DNA of 64,000 nt, taken from Epithemia pelagica (Eukaryota > Protista > Bacillariophyta). The number at the start of each line of letters is the position of its first letter. Position 1 is the stretch's first letter. The notes beneath the pieces are model-generated. The model was not told the origin of the DNA. It made no database searches and worked only from the letters and a program-made list of their open reading frames with translations. Made by a program: the position numbers and the translations under genes. This document shows positions 1 through 11,400 of the stretch, in pieces. Location: contig OX337240.1 in the NCBI GenBank assembly GCA_946965045.2, positions 2,294,001-2,358,000 on the forward strand, in the 5' to 3' direction.

Positions 1-288
1 ATGTACTGAGCCTACTTAGATGTACATGGATCGGTATCCCCCCCAGCCCTTACCATGGCGGAGAAAGCGAATTTGCGTGTCGACAGTCGACAAATCGACA
101 TGGTCGCTTATGGGTCGCTTAAGACTCAGTGCCAATATTCGTACGTCTTCTGGTCAGCTTTTCGAGCGACGACCATATCATAGCAATCATACAACAGAAG
201 CAGCATCCAACGCGGCGAGAAGGCATTGGCAGCCTTGAACGATTCTTGGTCACACTCCATACCCTGACTTTTGCGGTCGTCATCTTCA

Positions 289-2097
289 ATGGCTCCCGCA
301 GGCCCTCCCTTGGTATACTTTCACGTGTCTCGTGGAGCCAATGGTTCGACGTCCTCGTTGTGTCCCTTTGGCAATGAAAGCGTCTCGTTTGACTTGTTTC
401 AAGGCAGTTGTGTATGGTTGACTGGCAATTCTGGATTGGGCAAAACGACCTTGGTCCGATACCTGGCTGGATTGGCCTCTCACCAAGATTTGAAACGCTT
501 GGACATTCAGGTCGACAACTGTGATTGGAATCCAACCTTGCCGCCATTGGAACGATGTGGCATGCTGTTTCAACAAACCACCTTGTTGGATGCCTTGACT
601 GTGGCCGGAAACTTGGCCGTGGCGCTTCAGCAACGAACCAATGGGAGCTCCAAGGCAGATCGACCCACTTCCTTGGAGTCTGAAATCAAGTATTGGATGG
701 AACTGGTGGGGCTCGATTATGCCCGCGATGCCAATAAGAAACCAACGCAACTTTCGGGTGGCATGGCACGACGAGCTTCGCTCGCCTTACAATTAGCCCA
801 ACATAAGCATGTCATTGTCTTGGATGAACCATTCACTGGGTTGGATCGAGATGCGGCGATTTCTGTGGCCAAGGAATTGTGGAACTTGCGACGACTCGAC
901 TCACAATCACCACAAACCAATGGGACTAGTCATCACAATGGGAGAGCGACACGAACAGCCATTGTCCTCATTTCACATGAACCAGAATATGCCAATATTG
1001 TCCTATATGGTCCACAGAAGCAAAATCAGGAAACGCAAAACGGACAAAATTCTCAGCCAGCGTTGCACAATGTAGTTGTGACATTGGCGGAACCTGTCAA
1101 ACGAATGACAAGCGACGAGAACCATAGTACATGGACGAAACCAAATTTGTTTGGAATTTCATGGTGGCATCGCTTTGTAGAAAAATGGCTGGATTACACC
1201 CTGTGGTCTTTCCCCTTGATTGCCTTGACGTTTTGTGCCTGTGGTTTGGCGATTAGCATGCTGTCTTGTGACATTTTGGCTCGGTTAGACGTCAAAGACC
1301 AAGTCATGGAAATCTTGGACGAACATGTCAAACCCATGCTCAAATACTTGACAGGACAAGAAGACAATGCCATGGCTATGATTATGGTCAAGATGAAGGT
1401 ACAAGCCATGTTGCAATCCACTTTACCCCAAGCCAAGGCCACCTTGTACGCCGTCGGCATGGCTCATTTGTTTTGTTTGGAAATTGGACCTCTGTTGACG
1501 GCCTTGTTGTTGTGTGGGCGGATTGGGGGCTCCTATGCCGGCAAAGTCGCCACTCTTCAAGCCACACAACAGTCGTCCTTGTTGCAAACCATGGGGATTT
1601 CGCCCTTGTCGTGGACCTTGTTTCCGGCCTTGGCAGCAGCCTCTTTGGCGGCGCCCTTTTTGACCATTCTCGGCACTGGACTGGCCTTGATCTTGGGAGG
1701 AATCGTGGGACCTACCTACTATGGTATTGGCACATCGTTTCAAGAGTATCAACAACATTTACAGGATGCCATTTTCCCAACCTTGCGAGTCCAGTTTGTG
1801 GAAGGACCGCATAACCTTTGGTTTCCCTTGGAAACCACCTTTGTATCTTCCAACGCTGCGTTGCTACCGGATCTGGTGATTGAACTTGCCACCTATCCTC
1901 CTTGCTTTTTGCTTTTGAAATCGCTCGTCTACATGGCCCTGGTCCTGACCGTAGCCCAAACGTGTGCGGCTCTACGAGGTTCCCAACTCACCCCACGCGG
2001 TGTCCCCCACGTCATTACCTCGGCCGTCGTTGTGGCCAGTTTGCTCATTATTGTTGCGGATTGGGCCTTTTCGCAATTGTGGCTGATGCGACACTAA
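289..2097 (+). CDS. ABC ATPase (MlaF/TGD3-like) fused to MlaE/TGD1-like permease
   Basis: Walker A GNSGLGKTT, signature LSGGMARRASLA, Walker B VIVLDEPFTGLD. C-terminal MlaE-type motifs EIGPLLTALLLCGRIGGSYAG, LQTMGISP and RGVPHVITSAVVVASLLIIVAD. First ATG at 289 after an in-frame TGA at 265. Confidence 0.85.
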   Translation: MAPAGPPLVYFHVSRGANGSTSSLCPFGNESVSFDLFQGSCVWLTGNSGLGKTTLVRYLAGLASHQDLKRLDIQVDNCDWNPTLPPLERCGMLFQQTTLLDALTVAGNLAVALQQRTNGSSKADRPTSLESEIKYWMELVGLDYARDANKKPTQLSGGMARRASLALQLAQHKHVIVLDEPFTGLDRDAAISVAKELWNLRRLDSQSPQTNGTSHHNGRATRTAIVLISHEPEYANIVLYGPQKQNQETQNGQNSQPALHNVVVTLAEPVKRMTSDENHSTWTKPNLFGISWWHRFVEKWLDYTLWSFPLIALTFCACGLAISMLSCDILARLDVKDQVMEILDEHVKPMLKYLTGQEDNAMAMIMVKMKVQAMLQSTLPQAKATLYAVGMAHLFCLEIGPLLTALLLCGRIGGSYAGKVATLQATQQSSLLQTMGISPLSWTLFPALAAASLAAPFLTILGTGLALILGGIVGPTYYGIGTSFQEYQQHLQDAIFPTLRVQFVEGPHNLWFPLETTFVSSNAALLPDLVIELATYPPCFLLLKSLVYMALVLTVAQTCAALRGSQLTPRGVPHVITSAVVVASLLIIVADWAFSQLWLMRH

Positions 2098-2695
2098 TTC
2101 ATTGCGCGCCACCACCACAACTCCATCGTGGTACGTGGACCAAGAAGAAGAAGCTCCATACATGTGGCATTGTTGGATTCTTGGATTGTCGGTATCATGG
2201 TGTTTGGCCAATGGGTCCCGTGACTTTTAGAAGCACAAAGGGATCATGCATCTAGCCCTCGCAAAACAGGAAACAATGACTAGGTAGGGTTCCACACACA
2301 ATTCTCGGCAGTGACAGATAGAGTCTCTCATCTTGAAATATTATGAACACGGTAGATGAATCATGGTAAAGTTCAATTGAGCGCATGTACTATGTGTAGG
2401 CCTTTGTCGAAAATCTACTGCTCCTTCCTTGGGGTCGGTGATTCAGGTAGACATTCCACATCAAAGATCCCTTACCATATTGTCAATTGTGATCCCATGA
2501 CCTAACCTTACTAAACTCCAGAGCTGGACAGAAGGTCGGGACGAAGGACTTCTGATTTTTGCACCTAGTCCGCTTTTTCCTTCATGAGTTCTCCCCGCTG
2601 GGGAAGAGGATTTTGATAAGATCCGGAAGTAAAACATCGCGTATCCCGGGGCGTTCGAAAAGATTCCATTTCTCCCTTCCCGCTCACAACTCACG

Positions 2696-3580
2696 ATGAC
2701 AGGATTACAGCCGCAGAGGCTCTTCTACGCTGGAAGATTGATGGGTAGATTTATGGGTATCTTCCTTCTTTTTTGCCAAGTGAGTTGTGTCTTCGGTACG
2801 ATGAGTCCTTCGCATGCTCTCGCTCCAACAGAGGGGAGAGAAGACAAGCCAACCAGAGACATCCGCACCATGGATCGGGCCAACACGATCGTTCTTGATT
2901 GCAGTGAAGCTCGAGAGGGAAATTACCATGATGACTATTATTCTTATCGACGCCACCGCGCGAAAAGCAAACATACATGTGAGATTTCAGATCATGCTCG
3001 AGGAAAGTATCGGGGTGGAAGCAACTACTGCATCTTTGAGTTCTACTCCAACACCTCCAGTGAAACAGCTTGTGCCACCAATGACAGGATTCCAACAGCG
3101 AGGAGAAAGGACTACATCAAGTACTGGCCTGATGAATGTTTGTACGATTTCCCTCGCTGTTACGACTTGGCAAACGAGAAAGATGTCTATCAAACGTATT
3201 TTTGTCAAAAGAAATGGAAAATGCTGAATTTCCCCAACATTACTCATGTGAGTGTGGACTGTTCTTTGGATGTTCAAACTCGACAACGCGAACGAAGCAT
3301 GGAATTTTGGCAAAATGTTGGCGTTGTCATCCTGGTCTGTCTATTTTACTTGGTCGTGGGAGTGGCTTGTTTCTGGTGTTGTCGCCGCTGTATCCGGGAA
3401 CTTCGAGCTACAGCCCGAGCCCACAATGAGAATCGGGACATGGAGGATTACGAGTTCACTGTTGTTTCTGTCATGTGTTGTGGTTATTGGTGCATTGTCA
3501 AACAAGCCCTACCTACCACACGTGCCGAACGATCCGGTTTGACCAATGCCTCGGTCAACCGCTCTGTAGAAATGACCTGA
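2696..3580 (+). CDS. Hypothetical type I membrane protein with Cys-rich ectodomain
   Basis: 294-aa ORF with an N-terminal hydrophobic segment, a Cys-rich middle, and a TM helix (NVGVVILVCLFYLVVGVACFWCC) followed by RR. Confidence 0.6.
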   Translation: MTGLQPQRLFYAGRLMGRFMGIFLLFCQVSCVFGTMSPSHALAPTEGREDKPTRDIRTMDRANTIVLDCSEAREGNYHDDYYSYRRHRAKSKHTCEISDHARGKYRGGSNYCIFEFYSNTSSETACATNDRIPTARRKDYIKYWPDECLYDFPRCYDLANEKDVYQTYFCQKKWKMLNFPNITHVSVDCSLDVQTRQRERSMEFWQNVGVVILVCLFYLVVGVACFWCCRRCIRELRATARAHNENRDMEDYEFTVVSVMCCGYWCIVKQALPTTRAERSGLTNASVNRSVEMT

Positions 3581-3997
3581 CGAGAGTGCAGCACCGTTCG
3601 TAGGTGAAGCATGGAATTGTTTGAATACTGGGCCGATGACCATGAATCATACTATTACGAAATAGGAGTAGGTAAGGTTAGGAGTAGATGTTCAAGGATT
3701 CTTCGGTCCTTCGATATACTCCTGAGCCTCTTGCTAGAGGTATTATTCGTATTAGGGATAAAGATATATACTGAGGTGGGCAGGCTTGAGTATGATTAGG
3801 ATAGTACTTTCTGAAGAGCAATAAGCGTGACAGTAGATGCTTCGTTTGACTCAAACAAGACCCCGCAACCCGCAACCCGCAAACGACAAATTGTCACTTG
3901 AAGGCGTCGTGCTTGGGAAGTTGGAACTGTGTTGTCGTATCATTGAACCTATTGTTGAAATAGCTGCAACATTCCAACTGATTCACAGTTCTACATC

Positions 3998-4543
3998 ATG
4001 TCTGTGGCAGAATGGGACAATGAATACGCTCGTCTTGCTCGAGCGGCATCGCAACTTCGAAGTGGGGTTGGCGTGGGCAATGATGCGTCCAGTTTGCAAA
4101 GCGCTTTGCAACGTCTGGAAGCCAGCCTCGAAAACTTACCCCTACAACCTACCGAAATTCAGAGGCGTCGTCGTCTGATTCAGCATCTTACCGAGTCGTC
4201 TTCTGGTTCTGGCTTGGATGCGTCTGGTGGAGGCTTGCAGCAACAGCAAGCACAAACCAAGATGCAACGTGCTATGCAAGAGCAAGACGCAATGATTGAT
4301 GAATTGGCCACCGGAATGGGTCGTTTAAAACACCAAACCCAAGCGATTCATGATGAAGCTGGTATGCATGTCAATCTTCTGAACGAGATGGAAACAAATC
4401 TGGACTCGGCGCAACAAGGATTGGAAGCTGAGACTCGTCGTGCCGCACGACTCAAGGAAGACCAGTCTGTATGGCGATTGCAGCTGATTGTTGCTGGTCT
4501 TTCTATTTTGCTTGTCATGCTCATTCTTCTTGGATTGTCTTAA
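3998..4543 (+). CDS. Qc-type t-SNARE (syntaxin-8/syntaxin-6-like)
   Basis: SNARE heptad QEQDAMIDELATGMGRLKHQTQAIHDEAGMHVNLLNEMETNLD and a C-terminal tail-anchor TM helix. Confidence 0.85.
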   Translation: MSVAEWDNEYARLARAASQLRSGVGVGNDASSLQSALQRLEASLENLPLQPTEIQRRRRLIQHLTESSSGSGLDASGGGLQQQQAQTKMQRAMQEQDAMIDELATGMGRLKHQTQAIHDEAGMHVNLLNEMETNLDSAQQGLEAETRRAARLKEDQSVWRLQLIVAGLSILLVMLILLGLS

Positions 4544-5109
4544 GAGGGGAAGCATTTTCATCCATAATTTTGTGGATGCAAGGATGGTATCCAAAGTCAA
4601 TTCCAGGGATGCGCTTTTGCTCTCTTCGAATGCCTCAGTATCAAACGAATGAAGGTGTTTTGTACTCTAGTCATTTCCGCTGATCCTTTCAACAGTTTAT
4701 TATTAGATCAGTCAACGTTCACTGCAAAACTTTTTCTTGTTTGGTTGTTTGGTACAAGCCGTCAATGCATGGCGACCACTCGCCTCTGCCTGTACACGGT
4801 TCACTTCGCTTCTCGACGACAAAATTCGTATTCACAGTGCATTAATAGCTGCTGTTCATTGTAAAAAGGAGCGAAATCGATCCAATGTTCGACCACAATC
4901 ATCCATCGTATGGAGGAAACGAGGACCAACATGCGACCACCGTCAATCTCGCATCTCGCGACCACAACAAGAACTTATGCTAGTTTCTCTAGAAGAATCA
5001 AAAAAACGATCAACATCACGAAACAACGACGTGAACTACAATCCGGACGACCCAAACACCATCCAAGCCAACGGAGGGAGTCCACTACGTACCTGAGAGC
5101 CCGCGTCCG

Positions 5110-8100
5110 ATGGTCACGCCTAGGGGGCGAAACGCGGACCCGCCATGGGTTTTTTTGGCTGCAAACCGAACTCCCATGGTCCACCCACGACCGAAATGCC
5201 GATCCGGCGCAACCGCACCCCCGCCAATCGGGACAAAACACATGAATCGCATGGCGAACCAACCTATGACCATGCAAACGCTCCATGGTCTGAGGAAATC
5301 CAAACCAAACGACCACGACGGCATACAGGCCCACCATGGTGCCCAAAAGGCCCAAAAGGCCCAAAGAAAAACCCCGGAGTCCAACACCAACGGTCATCCG
5401 CTCCCCACTCCAGCGACACGCCACAGCCAAACCGACACCCACACGAGGCAGGAGGAAAACAACCAACCAGGACCCGCCTCCAGGCCAGCCCACCAACCAA
5501 CAAACCGTCCTCAACCACCAACCAATCAAACCGGCACCAAACAATCGATGAACAGGAAAAGACACGACGCTACAGCCGTCCACCCACTCCCCGGCCAACT
5601 TCAACACCCAGACAACACCACGGCACCAAGAGCCGCAACAAGAACCACCGCCACCCAGACCGACCCACCGACACTTGTCGGCATCCAAGGACACATCCCA
5701 GATGGACCGAACCGAGCACCCAACAAGGGAAGACAACCGGCCAGTCATTTGCGAGCAATGAATGGTCATAGTCATAAAGCCAACTCATCGCAAGAAACGA
5801 ACAACGAAACCATCCTCACAAAAAATACGAAAACCAAGAGTTTTCCCCAGATTCGAACACCACCAGCACCCAGCAGCAACAACGCCGACAACAACCCACC
5901 AGCATCAACCATGCAAGTCCACTCCAAGCCCTCCTCCGGCCGCCGTCAGTCACGTGCCAAATCGCAAGGCCCAGCCAAACCCTTCTCGTACAACGACTCC
6001 ACCACCATTACCGCCATCACCCCTGAACGCCGCTCCCTCATCAACAAAACCAAAACCATCGCCCAAGAAAACAACAAACAAAAAGAAACAATGATTCCGA
6101 CCGAAAACCATAAAAACAAAACCCAGAAAAATGCAGCCCTCACCATGAACATTGATCCAAACCACCAACAACACGAAGAAGTCGAAAACCACGACGACAC
6201 CGAAGCCAACCCAGACACCGGCATGCAGCAGGACAACGACAACAACCACGCCCAGGAGCACAACGGCGCCAGCCACGAAAACAAAAACGGAAGCGAACCA
6301 GGCCTTCACGACAACCAAGGAGACCCGAACGGCCAAGCCCACAACGATGACCCCAACGACGCCGACCCGGCAAACAATGAGACGGAGGAAGAAGAAATGA
6401 ACGACGACGCCCAAACCAACACGGCAGCCAGCCCCTCCAACCCTTACCGCACCCTCAGGCAACCCCAAAAGCGCGCCCCTTCCCCAGAACCGGCGATGCT
6501 TATCCACCTACACGTCATGGTCAACCACAATCCGAACCCGCAAGCGGAATCGGCTCTGCCCCGTCTTACCGAACAAGCGGTCAAAGACCACTTGAACCAG
6601 GTATTTTTCCACCACAGCAAGCGCGAAGAGCCCATGTGGCTTCAAGTGCACAAAGTTGAATTCATTGAAACCAAACAAGCTGGACGCCCGAGCTTCCGCC
6701 AAAACGACCAACAGCGTCAACGCAACAACAACGGACATGTATCATCCTTCCATGTCACCTTGTCCCCCGCCCCCGCCAACGACGCCTTCGACACAGAAGT
6801 TTTCCGCGAACAAGGCCTTCGGTGTGTGCTACAGATGTGGCACCGTCACAAGAATGACGACTTCTCCCACGACGATTTCGGCGACCCAAGCATCCTGCGG
6901 AACGGAACGCCACAATCCAACCCAACCACCAACCCGCGCTGGGACCAATACAACGTGTACCTCCCAGCAAACAACAACAGGACCAGCGACACCTTCGGGA
7001 TGGTTGTTGGGATTCCAGCACAAGCCATTAAACACCGTCGGGCGGCACAGGACTTGACGGCAGCAATTCAGCACTCCCTCCGAGCCCATCTTCCACGCAA
7101 GCTGGACTGGACGGCCTTCTTCGACCACATCGGGTGCCGATCCGGAACCTTTAGTGGAGAACTCAAAAGCAAACAAAGAGGACAGGTCCCCGTCGTCTAC
7201 ATCACGGCCTCGTCTCGGGCCAACTTCGAACTGCTATTGCGCAGTTACAATGCATTCACAGCAGCCAACAGGGACACCGACATCACGTGGCAAGACAACA
7301 AGATCCAACTCATTCCGATGCCCAAAACCCAAACGAATCGAACAACGACGTTGGAAACAATTAAAGACATTGACCAATTCTTTGGTTCAAGCGTCAAGAT
7401 CCGCCTCCGTCCGATCAACACAGAAGCAACGGACGGCGATTGGAAACAACTCAAAACAATGGACGAGTACATCGCCGTATTCCCCGAATACGACAATGAA
7501 GATCCGGACCCCATCTACTACACATTGATCATGCGAAAGACACCGGACACACACCACTTGACCACCAATACAATCCGCACGCATCCAGGATTCCCGACTA
7601 ATATCCTGCTGCCTACTCTGGCCGCCGTGGCGGCAACCCCTCCGCGGCAACCAAGCACCAACCAGGACACACCGACATCCTCCACTCACACCAACAGGCT
7701 CATCGCCTTCGCAGACCGACTACTACGACGAAAGACCAACTCGGCAGAGGACCACAACCACCAACCAACAACATCAACCAGAGCTCGCAACACTCCACCA
7801 GGCACACCGCCTCCGACAAAAAGAACCGCCACCCACTTTTCAGACGACGGCAATGACGACGACGAAGATCCTTACAACGACGGCACAGACTGGACACAGG
7901 TCGCGACAAACATGGACCACAGCCACCAATACAATCGGCTCGCACACAAACCTGCGCAAAACGACGACCGCAAACCACCGGCACAACAAAACAGCTTTTC
8001 CGCCCTCGCAGAAGATGAACACTCCCACAACAACAAACGCCACCACGACGAGGACGACGTGGACAGAATGGAGACGGAAGAAGACAACGACGACGCACAC

Positions 8101-8400
8101 TCCCAGTCTCTCATCCCCCCGGACGATCTCGACGACAACGAGGCCCATCCGCAATACTCCGCACCAACAGGACACGAAATAGCACTGATCATGCAGTACG
8201 TCCGAAACAACAAACCGTCCCGCACCGCAGAGATGCGAAAATACCTGCAACAAACAAAATCATTCGCGAATGATACCGACGCGGAAGACGCCTGGCGCTA
8301 TGCTCAGTCTCTGGTTCAGACTAGCAGCTCCAGCGTCGCCGGCTCCCGCACCGGCCATGTGGTCCCGCATGCAACATGGGCCAAAGAGCAAAATGAGTAA
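5110..8400 (+). CDS. ORF1 of the CRE-like element, unknown function
   Basis: 1096-aa open frame: low-complexity N/P/T/Q-rich N-terminus, globular-looking middle (~aa 460-830), acidic tail. Its stop overlaps the ORF2 ATG. The true start codon may be downstream of 5110. Confidence 0.7.
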   Translation: MVTPRGRNADPPWVFLAANRTPMVHPRPKCRSGATAPPPIGTKHMNRMANQPMTMQTLHGLRKSKPNDHDGIQAHHGAQKAQKAQRKTPESNTNGHPLPTPATRHSQTDTHTRQEENNQPGPASRPAHQPTNRPQPPTNQTGTKQSMNRKRHDATAVHPLPGQLQHPDNTTAPRAATRTTATQTDPPTLVGIQGHIPDGPNRAPNKGRQPASHLRAMNGHSHKANSSQETNNETILTKNTKTKSFPQIRTPPAPSSNNADNNPPASTMQVHSKPSSGRRQSRAKSQGPAKPFSYNDSTTITAITPERRSLINKTKTIAQENNKQKETMIPTENHKNKTQKNAALTMNIDPNHQQHEEVENHDDTEANPDTGMQQDNDNNHAQEHNGASHENKNGSEPGLHDNQGDPNGQAHNDDPNDADPANNETEEEEMNDDAQTNTAASPSNPYRTLRQPQKRAPSPEPAMLIHLHVMVNHNPNPQAESALPRLTEQAVKDHLNQVFFHHSKREEPMWLQVHKVEFIETKQAGRPSFRQNDQQRQRNNNGHVSSFHVTLSPAPANDAFDTEVFREQGLRCVLQMWHRHKNDDFSHDDFGDPSILRNGTPQSNPTTNPRWDQYNVYLPANNNRTSDTFGMVVGIPAQAIKHRRAAQDLTAAIQHSLRAHLPRKLDWTAFFDHIGCRSGTFSGELKSKQRGQVPVVYITASSRANFELLLRSYNAFTAANRDTDITWQDNKIQLIPMPKTQTNRTTTLETIKDIDQFFGSSVKIRLRPINTEATDGDWKQLKTMDEYIAVFPEYDNEDPDPIYYTLIMRKTPDTHHLTTNTIRTHPGFPTNILLPTLAAVAATPPRQPSTNQDTPTSSTHTNRLIAFADRLLRRKTNSAEDHNHQPTTSTRARNTPPGTPPPTKRTATHFSDDGNDDDEDPYNDGTDWTQVATNMDHSHQYNRLAHKPAQNDDRKPPAQQNSFSALAEDEHSHNNKRHHDEDDVDRMETEEDNDDAHSQSLIPPDDLDDNEAHPQYSAPTGHEIALIMQYVRNNKPSRTAEMRKYLQQTKSFANDTDAEDAWRYAQSLVQTSSSSVAGSRTGHVVPHATWAKEQNE

Positions 8401-11400
8401 CCAAGAAATCCTTCCTCCGAGACACTGCCCGGTGCCCGACTGCCCATGGCAAGTGCCTCCACAATCCAACAAACCACATGCGTCCCTCAAGGAGCATCTC
8501 ATCACCACCCACGGGGAAACAAACCCCTCCGACTACATGACCACCAAATACTGCAGCCAACATGGGTTCCACTTGTGTCAAGAATGCGACACACCGACGA
8601 CAATATTCACAACACAAGGACACCTAAGAACACACATAACAAAAAAACATACTAGAAGTAAAACAAACATGCAACTAGTCCTTACAACCTACCGGAATAC
8701 AACGCCAGAGATCGAAAACAACTGGAAGCAAAGCCTTGCCTTCCTGAACCAACTTCGCCCAAGCCCGCCCCCGTTCAGACGGTCCATATGGCACAAGACC
8801 AAACCCCCACTCAGGTCAGAATTTTATGTCACGTATAACAACGTGATAAAATGGGTCCTCGAATCAACGCCGACGTTGGCCCCAGCAATCCTCCGTGATC
8901 ACACACTACCCAAACACGACACCGACTCCAGCCCCCTCTGGAAGCTATTGCTCCTCCTGGAACCATTACTGTTGGCCCCCATCCAAAACACCGTCCACTT
9001 GACATACTCCAACGCTTTCCGTGCCAGACTTTCCCTGCTCAAAACAGGAAGAATCGAGGAACTCTACAACACAATTTGGCACCCAACACCACTGCCGCTC
9101 CAACCACAAAACAGACAGCACAAGAAAAAACGACAACAGAAACAACGACTGAACACCCACAGCGACGGTCCAAACCTTCCACAGTGGAGACTCACCGCGG
9201 CCCAACACACCGCCGACCTGGGAAACTACCGAGCAGCACTCAAAAGGCTGACGACGAATACTCCAACAGCAACCTTAACCCCACCAAGAATTGCAAGATG
9301 TCAGACAGAACTTTTCCCAAAACGACGACAACCACCACCTGGTACACGAGCACAAGGCCACACCAACTTACCGCCACCAACAAACCAATACCTGAAGCTA
9401 GAAGACAACATGACCGAACTAGCACTCCGACAAATGAAACCCGGAACGGCATCGGGACCGTTCGCCACATGCACCGACATACTAGCCGCAATGGCATTAC
9501 ATCGAACAACACGAGCGAAAGACGCCACCAAGCCATACTTCGGAAACATAAAAGCTCTCCTCCAACTGGTGGTGACCGCTCAGGTACCTCCACCGATACA
9601 AACATTGCTTGCCAGCAATTATTTCTTGGCGCTGCACAAAGACATCACCAACCCAGAAAAATTACGACCGATCGGAATTGGAACGGCGATTCGAAGAGTT
9701 GCCGCCAAAACAGCTCTCGTCCATATGACGGACGACATCACGCCACTTCTCCTCAAGGGCGGACAATATGGGATCCAAATCCCAGGCGGGGTCGACTTTG
9801 TCGCCCAGACAACCGCCATGGCGGTCCGGGAATACATCGACAAACACACAGACAACCAAAACACACCAACAGACGACCACAATGACGACCAAAACAACAC
9901 AAAAACAGCAACAAACTCCCCAAGCCGAGCTCTGATTTTGCTTGACTTGACCAACATGTTCAATAACGTGTCGCGCACCGAAGCACGACGAATTCTCTTG
10001 TCAGAGGACGCGACTTGCCCCCTAGTCCCGATCTTTGACCTTCTTTCCAACCATCCTTGCGACTCGTGGTACTTCAACGAAAACCACGAACCACATACAC
10101 TGCAACAAGAAGAGGGATTCCCACAAGGGTGCCCACTTAGCCCATTGTTCTCGTGCTTAGTCCTTCTAGCACTCACGAACCAGTTAAACAAAGAACAAGC
10201 AAAACGTGCATCAACAAGAAAACAGTCAGGAGACATCGGAGACGATAACAAAGGTGGTGTCGCTCATACGGCCTCGATAATGGACGACACATCCGTTTGT
10301 CTACCTCATTGTGACCTACCTTGGTTCCTCTCCCGCTTCCAAGAGCTTGGAGCTCCGCTCGGGATCATCCTCAATCACTCCAAAACCAAAATATTAACAA
10401 CGACCACCGGCAACACGGCCTGCGACACATTGCCCCGCCAAGCACAACAAAAAGTCCAGGAAGCACTATCCTTCCTCTGCCCCGATGAACCAGAACGGGC
10501 CGAAATCACCACAGGAGTCCGTTTCCTCGGACAGCCCATCGGCTCCCACGTATTTGCCAAACAATACATCAGAGAACGGTTAGACAAAATGGTCGACACA
10601 ATGGATCGTATCAGCCAACTCCAAAACTTACAGACACAACACACGCTGTACAAATTCTCTTTGGTTGCATCAATCATGCATTTGCTCCCATCCGACATCA
10701 CCCTTGCCAATCCCGCAGGCGATCAACGATCAACAATGTGGGACAGCGACACCACGAGACGAACCGACAAACTGACAGCACGCTTCCTCGCCCGTCTCAC
10801 CTCCACCAGAGACACGGACGTCAACGAAACAGCGATAATTATTGCGTCACTCCCTCAACGCCTAGGAGGCCTTGGTTACCAAATGGCCTCCTCCGCAGCA
10901 TACCCGCGATTTCTCACTCAGACCGTGAGAGCAATCAAACTTGCGTCGTCCACAGACACACCTATTCCACACGTCCACAGCCGGCCCTTCCTCAACTGGG
11001 AAGACTCCACCACATCAACCATGACCAAATTCCGTAAAGGCCTCTCGCTTTTTGCCCACGAACTGGCAGACAAAGCTCTTTATACCCCATCTCGGTATGA
11101 CAAAAACACACACAACAGTATGATGAACCACATCATGAGAGAACACGCAATCGAAAGACTGTTCACGATAACAGACGCCAACCAACGCATCTTCTTACCT
11201 TCACTGCTCTCCCCACTCACAAGCATGGTCTTTTCTCTGCCGTTGACAGCCTCCGAATTCCGACTTGAGAACGCGGTCTTCAAAACGGCAATGAAGAGAA
11301 AATTACGTCTACCAGTTTTCTCCCAAGACCCCAACCAACCGGCTCCTCATTCTTGCAAATGTGCCAAGAAAACCATACTCGACGCACACGGGGACCACTT

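Noticed and set aside
4550-5110. Target-site duplication and 5' end of the non-LTR element
   Set aside because: No convincing match to the sequence after the tail (ttcttttcccattc) was found by eye, so no boundary is called
5145-5771. 208-aa alternative-frame ORF inside ORF1
   Set aside because: Expected by chance in A/C-rich, T-poor sequence with few stops; no motif
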